A stretch of DNA of 63,533 nucleotides, the filler included, from Octopus bimaculoides (lineage: Eukaryota), in NCBI RefSeq assembly GCF_001194135.2. It is 8 parts of 6 records of this genome, joined end to end, with 100 filler letters (N's around TTAATTAATTAA, not from the genome) between each part and the next. Parts side by side here need not be neighbours in the genome. Positions count along the whole stretch, not along the records: positions 1 to 24,291 come from NC_068981.1; positions 24,392 to 36,029 come from NC_068981.1; 6 more parts are not named here. The stretch is one strand, 5' to 3'. Numbering within the stretch: position 1 is the first letter of the stretch; the number at the start of each line of letters is the position of its first letter. Made by a program: the position numbers and the translations under genes. Positions 23,430 through 35,809 of the stretch are shown here, piece by piece. The notes under the pieces are model-generated. The model saw nothing but the letters and a program-made list of their open reading frames with translations, did no database searches and was not told the DNA's origin.

Positions 23430-24278
23430 TATAGGGTATGGTGAATAAACTGTCGTCTAAGTTACGCAAAAATGAAAATAACAATGACATCGCATTTTAA
23501 CCGATATATTTACCAAAATTACATGAAGATATCTTGAAATACAAACAAATAAATCTATTCAATAAAATCGCCATTGACTTCAACCACGGCCTTCAGATGA
23601 CTTCGGCATCTCCTGCAACTCTTTTGGAGGATTATGATGCCATAATCCCTGCCTTCAGTTCATCTTTGGTGTTACAAAGAGTTTCGTTGGTCTCTCAATT
23701 AACTGCGCCCCCACACATAATAATCAAGGGGGTTGCAGTCTTGGGAGTTAGGTAGCCAGATGTTAAGAGTGGTGTAGTTGCAGAAATTATCTGACAGCCA
23801 TGACTAGGTTCTCTTGTTTGTGTTGTATGGTGTAAAGTCCTGTTTCCAGACATAGGGTCTTCCAGCAGCCACCCTCTTGACCCAGAACAGCACTGCCTCC
23901 ACCAGATACTTGATGTAGGCCTCCCTGTTGAGTCTGAGGCTGTGTGGGAAGATGAATGGCGGTATAACGTCGCCATCACTAGTGATCACTCCAAACACCA
24001 TGATGTTGACAAGATGTTTGATTTTTATCACTCTTGGTACATGTCCTCAGACTGACACCCAAACACTCTGGAACGTTCATATTGGAGCTTCCGGCACGAA
24101 TACCAAGCAATACATCATGTCGTTCCCAAATTTCTAGCAGAGTGAATTGCATCATGATGCTGTTTTTCTCACAAATGGTGCCCAACTGATTGTCTAGTTG
24201 ACAAAATCAAAAACAAACAATGAGCATACACGAAATTAAAAATATACAATGGCGACAATTTACCCGTCGCACCCTATA
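23430..24278 (-). mobile_element. Tc1/mariner-superfamily (maT/DD37D-like) element, internally deleted
   Basis: Degenerate TIRs TATAGGGTATGGTGAATAAACTGTCG / CGACAATTTACCCGTCGCACCCTATA in (TA)n. Remnants: IMVFGVITSDGDVIPPFIFPHSLRLN...VAAGRPYVWKQD and WLPNSQDCNPLDYYVWG. The N-terminal HTH part joins directly to the catalytic part. Confidence 0.85.
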
Positions 24279-24291
24279 TATATATATATAT

Positions 24292-24391
24292 NNNNNNNNN
24301 NNNNNNNNNNNNNNNNNNNNNNNNNNNNNNNNNNNTTAATTAATTAANNNNNNNNNNNNNNNNNNNNNNNNNNNNNNNNNNNNNNNNNNNN
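24292..24391. other. Assembly spacer (44 N + TTAATTAATTAA + 44 N); also at 36074, 37712, 44763, 48453, 51419, 58628
   Basis: Identical 100-bp layout seven times. The 12-mer is palindromic and gives stop codons in all six frames. Confidence 0.97.
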
Positions 24392-24399
24392 GCTATGTC

Positions 24400-24702
24400 A
24401 AGATGGACTTATATATTCTTCCTCACATTTGGATTTTATGTATGCTCTCTCCCACTTGGATTTAATATGTTGCCACATTTATAATATATCTTTTTTCTGC
24501 ATTTTCGTGCAGCTGAAGATTGCTCTTCATATTGCATTTAAGGTAATGCTCACATTACTTAAATAAATTGAAGTAGCATGAAACGTGCGTACTGCAATCA
24601 CTTTTGAAATCCGTGTTGCTTATTGTTTGATTTTAATCACCCATCCTTTTGGGATGCGATATTCGGGTGCCTTCGCATAAGTACCATATTCAAGCCTTGA
24701 AT
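24400..24702. mobile_element. Penelope-like terminal repeat fragment
   Basis: CTGAAGATTGC...GCATGAAACGTGCG resembles the CTGA(A/T)GA...GAAAC hammerhead-type motif of Penelope pLTRs. Confidence 0.4.
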
Positions 24703-25881
24703 CTATATATATATATATGTATGTATGTATGCATGTATGTATGTATATATTAATATTTTTCGAAACTAACGATTATAGGTGCTATACCGAACTTTGATGG
24801 TGGAAATTAATTTTGGTGTCGTATCCGCTGTAAGCTTACCCTCTAGTATTAAATATAATAAAATCATGGGATATTATGTTATATGGTAAATTATATTGCA
24901 TTGCCTATGTTATATGCTATGTGTTATAGTATGTGGTCTGCTATATGATACTATCCCATGATAACCCCTGCCTAGTTAGTCTGACTTCATCCTATTTTGG
25001 TGATTACACTATTTTCCTTTCTGTGATGTTCTACCCTACTGATCATGTTATATATATTTGTAGTGACTCTATGCAAGTAAGTCTCCTTTTGACAAAATCA
25101 TATATTCCCCAGAAACTATAAAATCATGCATAAAATAGCACCTGTAATATTACAACTTATAAAATCTCTTCGGTCTGAATACCTTTAACTGCCCTCTCTA
25201 CTTCACTACTACTCACTAAACCTATTAACCCCTCTTTTCGGGTTACCTTTATCTCTTCCCTACCTCTAATTTTAATCCCCTGTTTCTTTATATGTAGGTT
25301 ATATGTATTATTTTCTATAAATTCTTTTTTTATTTTTTTATTTTGATATCCTTATCATTTATAAATTGCTATTTTCTTGTTCTTAAAAAGACATTTCTCA
25401 GTGACTTAAGTCTATGTGAGATGGTTATACTATATGCATATAAACGTATAGATATTTGTGTATGTGTATATATGCATATATTCACATATATAAATGTGTG
25501 TATCTGTATGCATCTTCACTTTTTTCTGATTCATGGCTTAAGATTGATAGCATGTGTATCTTTCCAGTTATTCCATAAGTAAATGCCCCGAGCAGTCTTT
25601 ATAGAAATCACCTAATAAGTAATTAATTAAGTACACGAATGAATGCTAAAATAATTCTATATAATATTTCCTTTTTAATGTTTATAATTCATATATACAC
25701 GCCTTTTACCTGTTTTGGTTATATTATCAATTCTGAAATTCTTAAATTTTATTTTTATACAATATAACAATATTGTTTATAAACAAACACCCATAGTGCC
25801 CCAAGATAAAATTTCCTCTGTATTAACATCTTAGGTTACTTAGCATCTTGCCTCTTTAACTGGTAATTAACATCATGATTT

Positions 25882-26280
25882 AAAGTCTACCCCTAACCTA
25901 TCTCTTTTTATAGACAGTTACTTATATCCAACTGACTACTCCTGTTTTATTTCCTTCCTGAAGAAAGGGGTACATATGTTAATATTTATGACCATACCTA
26001 CCCATGAGCTGTCAACTCACTCTTGTCCTTTATTCTAAATAAACAGAGTCTGCTAGTCTTACATTTAGTAGTTAATAAAGAGATAAATGAATTAGAAATG
26101 AATTAGGTGCAGGAGTAGCTGTGTGGTAAGTAGCTTGCTTAACAACCACATGGTTCTGGGTTCAGTCCCACTGCGTGGCATCTTGGGCAAGTGTCTATTA
26201 CTATAGCATCGGGTCGACTAAAGCCTTGTGAGTGGATTTGGTAGACGGAAACTGAAAGAAGCCCATCGCATATATGTTTC

Positions 26281-26316
<36 letters not shown>

Positions 26317-26694
26317 CGTGTGTGTTTGTGTGTCCGTGCTTGTCCCCCAACATCGCTTGAAACCGATGCTGATGTGTTTACGTCCCCGTAACTTAGCGGT
26401 TCGGCAAAAGATGCCGATAGAATAAGCGCTAGGCTTACAAAGAATAAGTCCTGGGGTCGATTTGCTCGACTAAAGGCGGTGCTCCAGCATGGCCGCAATC
26501 AAATGATTGAAACAAGTAAAAGAGTAAAGAGTAAGAGAGTAAAGTCTACCCCTAACCTATCTCTTTTTATAGACAGTTACTTATATCCAACTGACTACTC
26601 TTAATGTTTTATTTCCTTCCTGAGGAAAAGGAGTACATATGTTAATATTTATGACCATACCTAGCCATGAGCTGTCAACTCACTCTTGTCCTTT

Positions 26695-26699
<5 letters not shown>
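25882..26699 (+). repeat. ~155-bp direct duplication (25882-26037 / 26541-26699) bracketing a SINE
   Basis: AAAGTCTACCCCTAACCTATCTC...GAGCTGTCAACTCACTCTTGTCCTTTATTCTA occurs twice with few differences. Confidence 0.9.
26106..26540 (+). mobile_element. SINE family 1, full length (tRNA-type head, central microsatellite, (GAGTAAA)n tail)
   Basis: The head has A/B-box-like GTAGCTGTGTGG / GGTTCAGTCCC. There are more than 10 related copies in the window. Confidence 0.92.
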
Positions 26700-26769
<70 letters not shown>

Positions 26770-27452
26770 GACAAGAGATAAGTTTTGCCTCTTTTTATGG
26801 AGACAAAAGTGTTTATAAGACTGCAAAAAAGAAGTGCTCAAATGTAATTAAGACAGAGATAAAAAAAATAAACATTGCTCAGAGAACATCAAATTCGAGT
26901 CAACATATATGTTGAAAGGCCATGGTAATATTTATATGTGATCAAATGTTTGGAGGCGTAGTGTTATGTATAAAGTCGTTGACTCGAATTTGATGTTTGT
27001 TCTCTGATCAATGTTATATACTACAGAGATCTACTTGCAGAGCAAGTGACTTGATCTGAGATCATGTACTGAAACAAACAACGTGCGAGCTCAATCTAAT
27101 TCAGAGGGCATAAACGTTTATATATATATATGTGTGTTTTTTGTTGTTTTTTTAAATATAAATAGTCAAACAAAAATCATTGTTTCATCCAATGGGCCTC
27201 TTTAGAAATGGGCGGTGTTCAAGGCCCTATATAGAGAGGTAAGTAATCAGACAGACAAACAGAAACAATGGGAGACAATGGTGGTGACAAAAGTAGTGCT
27301 GGTAATGGTGTGCTAAAGGAGATATGAAGACGATCATGATCATGATGATGGCAATTGTAATGATGATGATGATGATGATGATGGTGATTATTGAGGTGGA
27401 GGTGAATATAACTATGACAGTAGTGAGAAAGATTATGATCATCGTATTCACA

Positions 27453-27519
<67 letters not shown>

Positions 27520-27524
27520 GATTG

Positions 27525-27712
27525 ACCGTTGACTGAACACTATTCAATTTTTTTTCTCCGTGTTTTTCTCCTTGTCTCCGTATTCTTTCTGTTGAAGAGC
27601 GTAGCTCGAAACGTCAAAGACTTTCCGTATTCCCGAGTGTCATACTAATACATCCTTTTGTTATTTACACCACCTGTCCTCGTCTGTTGTTGTTTTTTCG
27701 TATATTCTCCCA
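27525..27712 (+). mobile_element. Penelope-like terminal fragment, copy 1
   Basis: TGAAGAGCGTAGCTCGAAACGT motif; near-identical to 48515-48722. Confidence 0.6.
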
Positions 27713-29240
27713 TATATATATATATATATATATATATACACTTTATGTACAATCAGTTATTGCTTTAGTATTTTATTTCTAAATCGTTCTGGAATAAATC
27801 AAAATAATGTCACTACTCAGAAACGTTAGCAAACATTGTTGTGGGTATATAGATCTCGAGATTTTAACGTTAAATTCCAGATAGAAGATGAAATAATGTC
27901 TTGTTGTCACAGAATGTCTCGTTTGAGGATTTAATATATCGGGACAGATATTTTAGTATCGATAAAATAACATTCTTGTGTTGATAAAAATTAATCAATA
28001 TTGTCCACCAAGCATTATTATCTGCTTATATGGTTTAAATGGATGCAAACCTTCATTAATAGTCAAACATCAAAAGTTCTGAGTCTTAAAAAGTAGTTCA
28101 ATGCTGAAAGGGGTCAGTGACTTTGCCACCGTCTAAGCAATAAAGTGCATTGGAAACTTGAAGATTTTTCATGAACGTCGAAGGTATTTCAAGTAGATTT
28201 GCAGATACGAAGGATATCTATGCGGACCTAATACCTGACAAAAATCACTTATTCTCACACCTCCTTGCAGAAGTTACATATTCAAAGAGTTCGCCAAGTT
28301 TCCGTCATGCCAGTGACCCTGTAAATGGATTTCATTTGCATTCGTTATCGTTGGTCGCCAATTTAACAAGAAGCTTATGGGCAATAAGATTAATAGATTA
28401 TTGGTCGTAGCATTTGGTAAGCAATTCTAATTCTAATGGAAAGTGCATTTTAAAAATATGGAAGCATATATCAGGACAAATCTTTGTTAATATCAAGTGA
28501 AAACGATAAATTACTAAAATGTGAGTCATAGTCAAGGAAATATTTGGCGAAATACAATTAAACGGCATCACGAATGATTTGTAATATTTTTCGATTATCC
28601 AATTTTCCTCGGGAAATACTTTGCCTGTTGTTTCACTGAGAACCGATAATAAAAACACCTGTCACATATTGGGTCGATTCAATCGTTTATATCCCTTCCC
28701 TGTAAACCTGTGCCAATGTAATGACGCCATAGTTCCTTTATATCTAATGTATTTTGTGGGAGGCGTTAATGCTTACAAAATCTTAATTGCACAATTAATC
28801 AAACCTTCATGTCTAGCCTAATGTAATTATAGATTTGTAATTTGGCCTGTGTTATGTAATGGAGTTAATCTTCACATTTTATTCTATGACCAGTTTTTGA
28901 CTTTCAAGTTTGTAGTTATTTATATTCGCAAGTATTATATTACTAATAGTTTTTAATACATAAACGTAAACGTATTTTACTCCATTATGAATCTGAGTAC
29001 AAGTGCTTATAAGAGGAATGAATATTATAGATGCGCACTGTCATTACTAATTTTCCTGTAACGAATTTTCACTTAAAATTTTAAAATCCAGTCTGAAATG
29101 TTCTGCAACACATCTCAGGAAATATATTTTCTAAATATTGGTTTAATTAGTCAATTCGTAAGATCAGTTGTTTCTAACCTTAATTTCTTCATATCATCAG
29201 GTATATAATTCTGTTCATTTCTCTTGTATCTCTTTATAAG

Positions 29241-29419
29241 ATAAAATGGTAGTTAATTTAAAGGTCTTAAAATACATGAAAAGGCGACAAAGAGTGGAAC
29301 GAATCCGGCTATTAGCCGAATCCATTATGAGAATAGCCCTACTACCATCTTCGGTTAATGTAAGGTCAAAGATCAAATATTCCTGGTCACCAACACCACT
29401 TCCACTTTTTGGAAATTGT
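29241..29419 (+). CDS. Candidate coding exon (phase 1-0); strand ambiguous
   Basis: Acceptor TCTCTTTATAAG| and donor |GTAAGT, with an open frame KMVVNLKVLKYMKRRQRVERIRLLAES...PLFGNC. An antisense frame (29215-29424) is also open. Confidence 0.3.
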
Positions 29420-29896
29420 GTAAGTTATCTAAGGCTTATAAGTCAAATTCAAATAATCAATTATATTCGAATAGCAGAAGTATTATCCATTTACTGCAAA
29501 ATTCACGAAATTTTTCTTTTCAAACAGTAGATAAAGCTATGCTAACACTTGTAAATGTTATTTTAAAGCAATACATTAATATAATAACACAGAGCGTATG
29601 TGTGTGTGTGCGTGCGTGTGTGTGTATAAATACCTACATCCGCGTGTGTGTTCATTATTTATGGAATATTTCAATAAATGTACAGAACTTAAGCGATAGT
29701 ATGGAAAAGAGAGATTCTTGAAAAGGGAAGATGGAGCTAGAATACACTGGTAGCGTAAGAAGCTATTTATTTGGAAGATAATTTTTTCTCTAAAAGTATC
29801 CTATTTAATTATTAATATTCCTTTCGTTCTTCTCCTACTCTTCCCTTCTATCCACTTTCTAATTTCACTACCCCCTTCCACTTCTCACTATTCCAG

Positions 29897-29969
29897 CGGA
29901 AGTATTATCTCACGTATATTATAGCTGCCGGTGATAACAGAACCTTAATTGATTTGGCATTGAACAAAA
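29897..29969 (+). CDS. Candidate coding exon (phase 0-1)
   Basis: ~75-nt pyrimidine tract ending CTATTCCAG| and donor |GTAAGA. Reads RKYYLTYIIAAGDNRTLIDLALNK; the phase fits the preceding candidate exon. Confidence 0.35.
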
Positions 29970-31274
29970 GTAAGACCAAAGACTATATAAAATAGGCTGG
30001 CATCAACAGAAGATCGTCTTATTGCTGCTGTAGCATCAATCTTGATAGTAGCTTCCGGTGACAGAGTGATCTCATATTGGCCATCACCACACGATTGTCT
30101 TCGTTTCATTCTATTTCTTTTTACACTTTTTTACATTTCTTCTGTAATATTAATTATATTTTCTATATTAGCATCATTTTTCTTCGGGTGGGTATAATTC
30201 GATTTGTCATTCAGGGGATAATCAGCAATCGGATTGTTCATAGAAACTGATAGAGAATTCTATATTTGTGTAGATAACTAAAATACATTTACCAGAAAAT
30301 ACATTTACCAGAAAATACAAAATATAAAGTAAAATATTGTTAGACCATAAGGAATATTGCTATGAGAAAAGAAATACTCATTTGAAGCCCCATAAATATA
30401 CGAATATTTTATCTTCTAAAGCTTCTCGACATTTTCGATTTTAGGAAAATACTTTTAAATAAAAGATGTTTAAGAATCTTTTTGAAATAATTCATTAGTT
30501 CACACACTGTGAAAAGTATACGCAAAACGCTTACACACAAAATATATAATGTTTAATATCTACACATAGACTCAAACGCATGTATGCACCCACATCTAGG
30601 AATGATTCATCTTTGTTCTCACTCATACATATGTGTGTGTATATGCATGTGTGCGTATATGCATGTATGTATTTTTGTATGGGGGAGGTTCTATGTGCGT
30701 GCTTGTGCGTATATGTAGAATGGAACCAAATTTTCAAACACGAATACTCTTAGTTAACACACAGAACATTATAAGTCATCCTGTCACCATCTATGACATC
30801 AAGCACGACTCACCTTGAGTAACTCATATGTCACACAGTCTCACATGAATTCCTCATCCCATTTATCTCACAACCTTCACCTTACTCTCCACTTTGATTC
30901 ATTTTGACATTATGACTATCTTATCTGCTACCTATTTATAGTGATATACGTATGCATATATATATGGAGGTGTTTGTGTGTGTGTGTGTGTGGATATGTG
31001 TGTACATGCGTTCGTACCTATATATATGTGTGTTTATGAGTGCCCGTGTGGATCTATATAAGTGTGAACGCATCTGTATATCTCAGAAGATATATATATA
31101 TATATCTATTATAGATATATATATCTATTATTATGATGTTGCTACCTAGCAGTACCATTCACTTCGACGTTATACACAGTGTCAACAAATAACTTCACTT
31201 TCATGCACTTATGATAGAGAGGCCACACATATTCCGATACGAAAGAAGCGATTGGTTTTTAACATCAATTGGAC

Positions 31275-31290
31275 CATAGTTGACAAAACC

Positions 31291-31382
<92 letters not shown>
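31275..31382. repeat. (CT)n microsatellite
   Basis: Pure dinucleotide run. Many other (TA)n, (CA)n, (GA)n, (GTAT)n and (GATA)n runs occur window-wide. Confidence 0.98.
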
Positions 31383-31386
<4 letters not shown>

Positions 31387-31619
31387 CACACGAGAGTGAC
31401 ATCACTTACACACAATAGTATGTGAAAGCGGTCATGAGGTTGATATGTAGTGGTGATGGTTAGTGCACTTGTTTATACTCAGAAGGTCTCTGATTAAGTA
31501 TACTTCAAATTAAAAACTCACCAACCGTGACCATGCTGACATTGTTTATTATGCAGAACTATATTGTCTAATACGTCTGTTCGTTTTGATGAGAGTGTAA
31601 GTTAATATTTTCAGGAAGA

Positions 31620-31802
31620 AGGCGGCGAGCTAGCAGAAACGTTAGCACACGGGGCGGTATTTCGTCTGTCTTTACGTTCTGTGTTCAAATTCCTTTCGGG
31701 GTCGATAAATTAAGTACCAGTTGTCTACTGGAGTTGATCTAATCGATTGCACCCCACCACGCAATAAATCTTCGGGCCTTGTGCTTAGAGTAGAAAAGAA
31801 TA
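31620..31802 (+). mobile_element. SINE family 2 (short), with internal deletions
   Basis: GGCGGCGAGCTAGCAGAAACGTTAG...GTTCAAATTCC...CCTTTCGGGGTCGATAAATTAAGTACCAG...GGCCTTGTGC..AGAGTAGAAAAG. Related to 48030-48200. Confidence 0.8.
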
Positions 31803-32022
31803 TTTTCAGGAAGATCTGAATGGTTATTCTGATAGTTAGATCGACCGAAAAAAGACTTTTTTGGCAAGCAAAAGTGATTTTAAGCTTAAGTCTATGTATA
31901 TATGTCTGCGTCTTTAAAAGACTGAGGTGTTATGTATAAATGCGCATATATGTATGTGTGTATCTGTATCTGTAAGGTGTATATATACATACAATGTAGA
32001 CATATATGTGTGTATATGTATG

Positions 32023-32064
<42 letters not shown>

Positions 32065-32097
32065 AACATTATATATTCGCATTATATAATGTAATCA

Positions 32098-32408
32098 TTC
32101 ACTTGTTCCTGTCATTCGACAGCGGCCATGCTGGGGCATAACCTTGAACGGTTTAGTTGAACAAATCGACTGCTGTAATATTCTGGCGGTCTCCTATGCC
32201 GAGTCGCTAGCTGTTAAGCGATAAGTGTGAGACAAACACACATTAATACATACACGCACATACAAATGTATTATATATATATATAAATATATATATATAT
32301 ACACAAACACACACACATATATACACATACACACACACGCATATATATATATATACATGCACACACATATATATATACACATACATACATATATATATAT
32401 ACATATAC

Positions 32409-32449
<41 letters not shown>

Positions 32450-32626
32450 CATATATATATATACGACGGGCTTCTTTCAGTTTCCGTCTGCCCAAATCCA
32501 CTTACAAGAATTTGGTCCGCCCGGGGCTATAGTAGAAAACACTTGACCAAGGAGCAACGCAGTGAGACTGAACCTGGAACTATATGGTTGAGAAGCAAAC
32601 TTCTTACTATACAGCCACGCTTGCGC
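32098..32626 (-). mobile_element. SINE family 1, full length with expanded central microsatellite
   Basis: 3' half at 32098-32250 and 5' half at 32463-32626, colinear. Confidence 0.85.
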
Positions 32627-33093
32627 CTAATGTGTGTATGCGTGGTTCTCTATGTATGTATACATGTAATGTATGTATTCATGTATATATATGTGTGTGT
32701 GTACATCTATCTATACAAATATATAGATATAATATGTAATGTGTGAGTATATATATATTGTATTACATATGTGCTTTTGTGAGTAAGTGCGTGTGTGTTT
32801 GGATGCGATTTTGGATAAATACGAGAAAATAACAGGTTGGGAAAGAAGACGGGCAGTTGTCACTAGAAATACCAATCAATAGAAGCAAAAACGCTATTGC
32901 TAGCAGAGATAAAAGTTTTTAGTTACTTAAAAGTCGTTAATTCAGACGAATGACATACTTACGGCTGGATGAGTAACTTAATTCTATCAACGTATTTTAC
33001 TGCAAAAATACCTGCCGGCAGAGTGTTTGTAAATATTTTCGTAGTTTGTGCATATTAAATATCTCTGTTGTTTTCTTATCTTATTTGCCTCAG

Positions 33094-33099
33094 GGAACA
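33094..33099 (+). other. Candidate 6-nt microexon GGAACA
   Basis: TTTTCTTATCTTATTTGCCTCAG|GGAACA|GTAAGC. Confidence 0.3.
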
Positions 33100-33794
33100 G
33101 TAAGCCAGGAGAAATTATTTCACACACTGTCACATGTATTCTCAAAATACTCATACACACACTACTTACACAGTCACGAATACATACATGAATAGATACA
33201 CACGCACAGACAAATACATACACATTCAGACACATTGAGATGCATACGTTCATAGTTACAGTTACAGTCATGCAATCTTTCGTGCGTATGTAAGCATATA
33301 TAACCTAAGGACATCTAGAAATTTATCTAACTTCAGTAAATTGCATCTAGGAAAAAAACATTATAATCTGATTGCGTTTATAGAACACACATTAATCAGA
33401 AGCAGATCGAATGTGTGGACGTATGTGTGTGTTTCTGTTTTAGAAGCTTTTCATTTCTCTCTCAGAAAATTCATAATTTTCGTCTTTTCATTAAAAGAAA
33501 CGGTAAACATAGAGAAATGCACAAACACATATAGATACTCACACACTTATTTGTGTATTTTAATCGTGTGTTTACGTGCTCTGCGTGTGCGTGTGTGTTT
33601 GTGAGTATGTGGCAATGCACTGATCAAATAAAGTAAACGTCAAGGCAATGCCTAAGGCACCAGTCTAATTTTTTACGATCCAAAAATTGACATTTAATGT
33701 AATTATCGTTAACACTAAAAATGAAAATCAGTTTATGATTTTAAATTTTAAAAAAATAATAAAACAAGAACAACAACTAAAACAACAGTAATAA

Positions 33795-34690
33795 TGATTT
33801 TTAACTTTGCTACAAAAGTAGAATTTTAGGGAGAAGTCTGCTGTGGAACTATAGCTCTGTGGTTCTTATTTTGTCGACCTTGGCAAGATTTGAACTAACA
33901 TAAAATAGGTGCATAACTAACTTGCCGCAAAATATTCTGAACAGCATGTCTAGCGTTTCTGTAAGTCACAGTTTTAATATATATTATCTAACAGAAGCAC
34001 AAGGCCACAAATTGTGCAGTGAGGAGAAAAGCCTATTATATCTACCACAGTATATGAATGAAAATTTTTACTTTATCAGCCCCAGCAACATGAAAGACTA
34101 AGTTTACATTCTCGGGATTGCCAAAAGACGGATTAAATATCATATCTTGTGCCAGCACTCTAAATATTAAGCCAATGTAAAGCCTTAGTTATAGCTCTAA
34201 AAATAATAGAGATTTCTAATTTTGGCTGATGTTCCTATGTATAAGGACAGAATGCATCCGGGTATTTCGATACCACTGGTGTTTACTTTAAGCTAAGTTC
34301 AATTAAAAGCAGCCAAATATGAACTCAGCGTATAAATGTACATTACCTAATTCATTTGTTCGACGCTCTGCTATTTCTGATGCACACCATCATTATAACC
34401 ATAGGGGTTCTAACATAGAAGGGTGAAGGATATACTCAATAAAACTAACTCCAGTGCCTGACTTAGTTTCATATTATCGATCCCAGAAGAAAAAGGTAAA
34501 ACTTCCCTGGAAACACTTGTACTAAAGAAGCGTAACTAAATACGCTAATGTATTTTGTCCAGCTCTCTAACGCTTCTATAATTTACCATCTTGTATAATC
34601 GATTATATTAACAACAGCACTTATTGACCACAAAAGTATACAACGTAAAGACTCTAGCGGCGAGACATTGACTCAGATCATGTTAGAAAG
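33795..34690 (-). mobile_element. Head-to-tail array of 4-5 old SINE family 2 copies
   Basis: Units at about 33795, 33990, 34205, 34405 and 34610 each retain parts of TTTTGGCACAAGG / CTGGTACTTATTTTATCGACCC / ATTTGAACTCAG, in the same orientation. Confidence 0.5.
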
Positions 34691-34874
34691 AAAAAATAAA
34701 TTTCGTTCGAAACTAATATTTCTCTTATTTCTGTTATTTACCAATCTTAGTTGTAAAAAGGAATTACACCGCCAAGTTTTTCTTTTTTTTTTTAATAGAA
34801 AAAGAAAGAAAACCGTTTAGCAACTTATCTGCTTATAGCTTATATTTCTCTCTTTCTCTATCTCTCTCTCCCTC

Positions 34875-34914
<40 letters not shown>

Positions 34915-35153
34915 TATCTCTTCTTCTCTTTCCTTTTCTCTCCCTCCCCCTCTCACACTCTCTCTCTCTCATATACAATATACACAGATAATTCAAGTAT
35001 GCATATACATATTCTTACACATGTATAAACACAGAGAAAAGCGTGAGAGACGGGACAAGATAGGCCAAGAGAAAGGTAGTAAGAAGGAGTAGTGAGAAAG
35101 GATAGGAAAAGATTGTGAGAGAAGGGCTATGATAGAGCGATAAAAATTACATT

Positions 35154-35511
35154 GGCGCAGGCGTGGCTGTTTGGCAAGAAGCTTGCTTCCCAACTACGTT
35201 GTTTCGGATTCAGTCCCACTGCTTGGTACCTTCGGTAATTGTCTTCTACTATGGCCTCGGGCCGACCGGAGCCTTGTGAGTGGATTTGGTAGACGGAAAC
35301 TGAAAGAAGCCAATTGAATATGTTTTTGAGTGTGTGTCTGTATTTGTCCCTCCCCGCCACTAACGCTCGACAACCGATGTTGGTGGTGTTTATGTCCCCA
35401 TAACCTAGTGGTTCGGCAAAAGAACCCAAAAGAATAAGTATCAGGCTTACGAAGAATAGGTCCAGGGGTGTTCCGGTATGGCTGTAGTCAAATGACTGAA
35501 ACAAGTAAAAC
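35154..35511 (+). mobile_element. SINE family 1, near full length
   Basis: Aligns by eye to 26106-26540. Confidence 0.9.
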
Positions 35512-35536
35512 AATTGAAGAATAAATTGAAGAATAT

Positions 35537-35568
<32 letters not shown>

Positions 35569-35809
35569 AACGGGAGAGGGAGGGAGAGACGCTAAAACAG
35601 ACCGAGTAAAAGATGAAATTGTTGTGTCGACCCCCCACCCAAGCGAGGAAGTATGACCGCCCCAAGACATAAATAGAGGTAGTCTGGTCGTGGTAAGGGT
35701 GTTGAGTAGCCGTCGAGTAGCGGTTCAGTAGAGATCATCCGAAGGTGCTAGATAGCAGTAGCTTGAGACATAACAGAAATATATCACAATAATGAACATT
35801 CATATTTAT

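Noticed and set aside
7741-23490. Long ORFs made of X runs and YI/RE/CV repeats
   Set aside because: Artefacts of N gaps and dinucleotide repeats.
26106-26180. tRNA-like A/B boxes
   Set aside because: These are SINE heads, not cloverleaf tRNA genes.
27830-28760. Faint resemblance to CR1/Jockey RT (KWMQTFINSQ)
   Set aside because: One weak motif only; I could not extend it in any frame.
30815-30920. Minus-strand CAAG|GTGAGT donor with several in-frame TGA codons upstream
   Set aside because: Stops in all frames and no good acceptor; single donor motifs are expected by chance in 63 kb.
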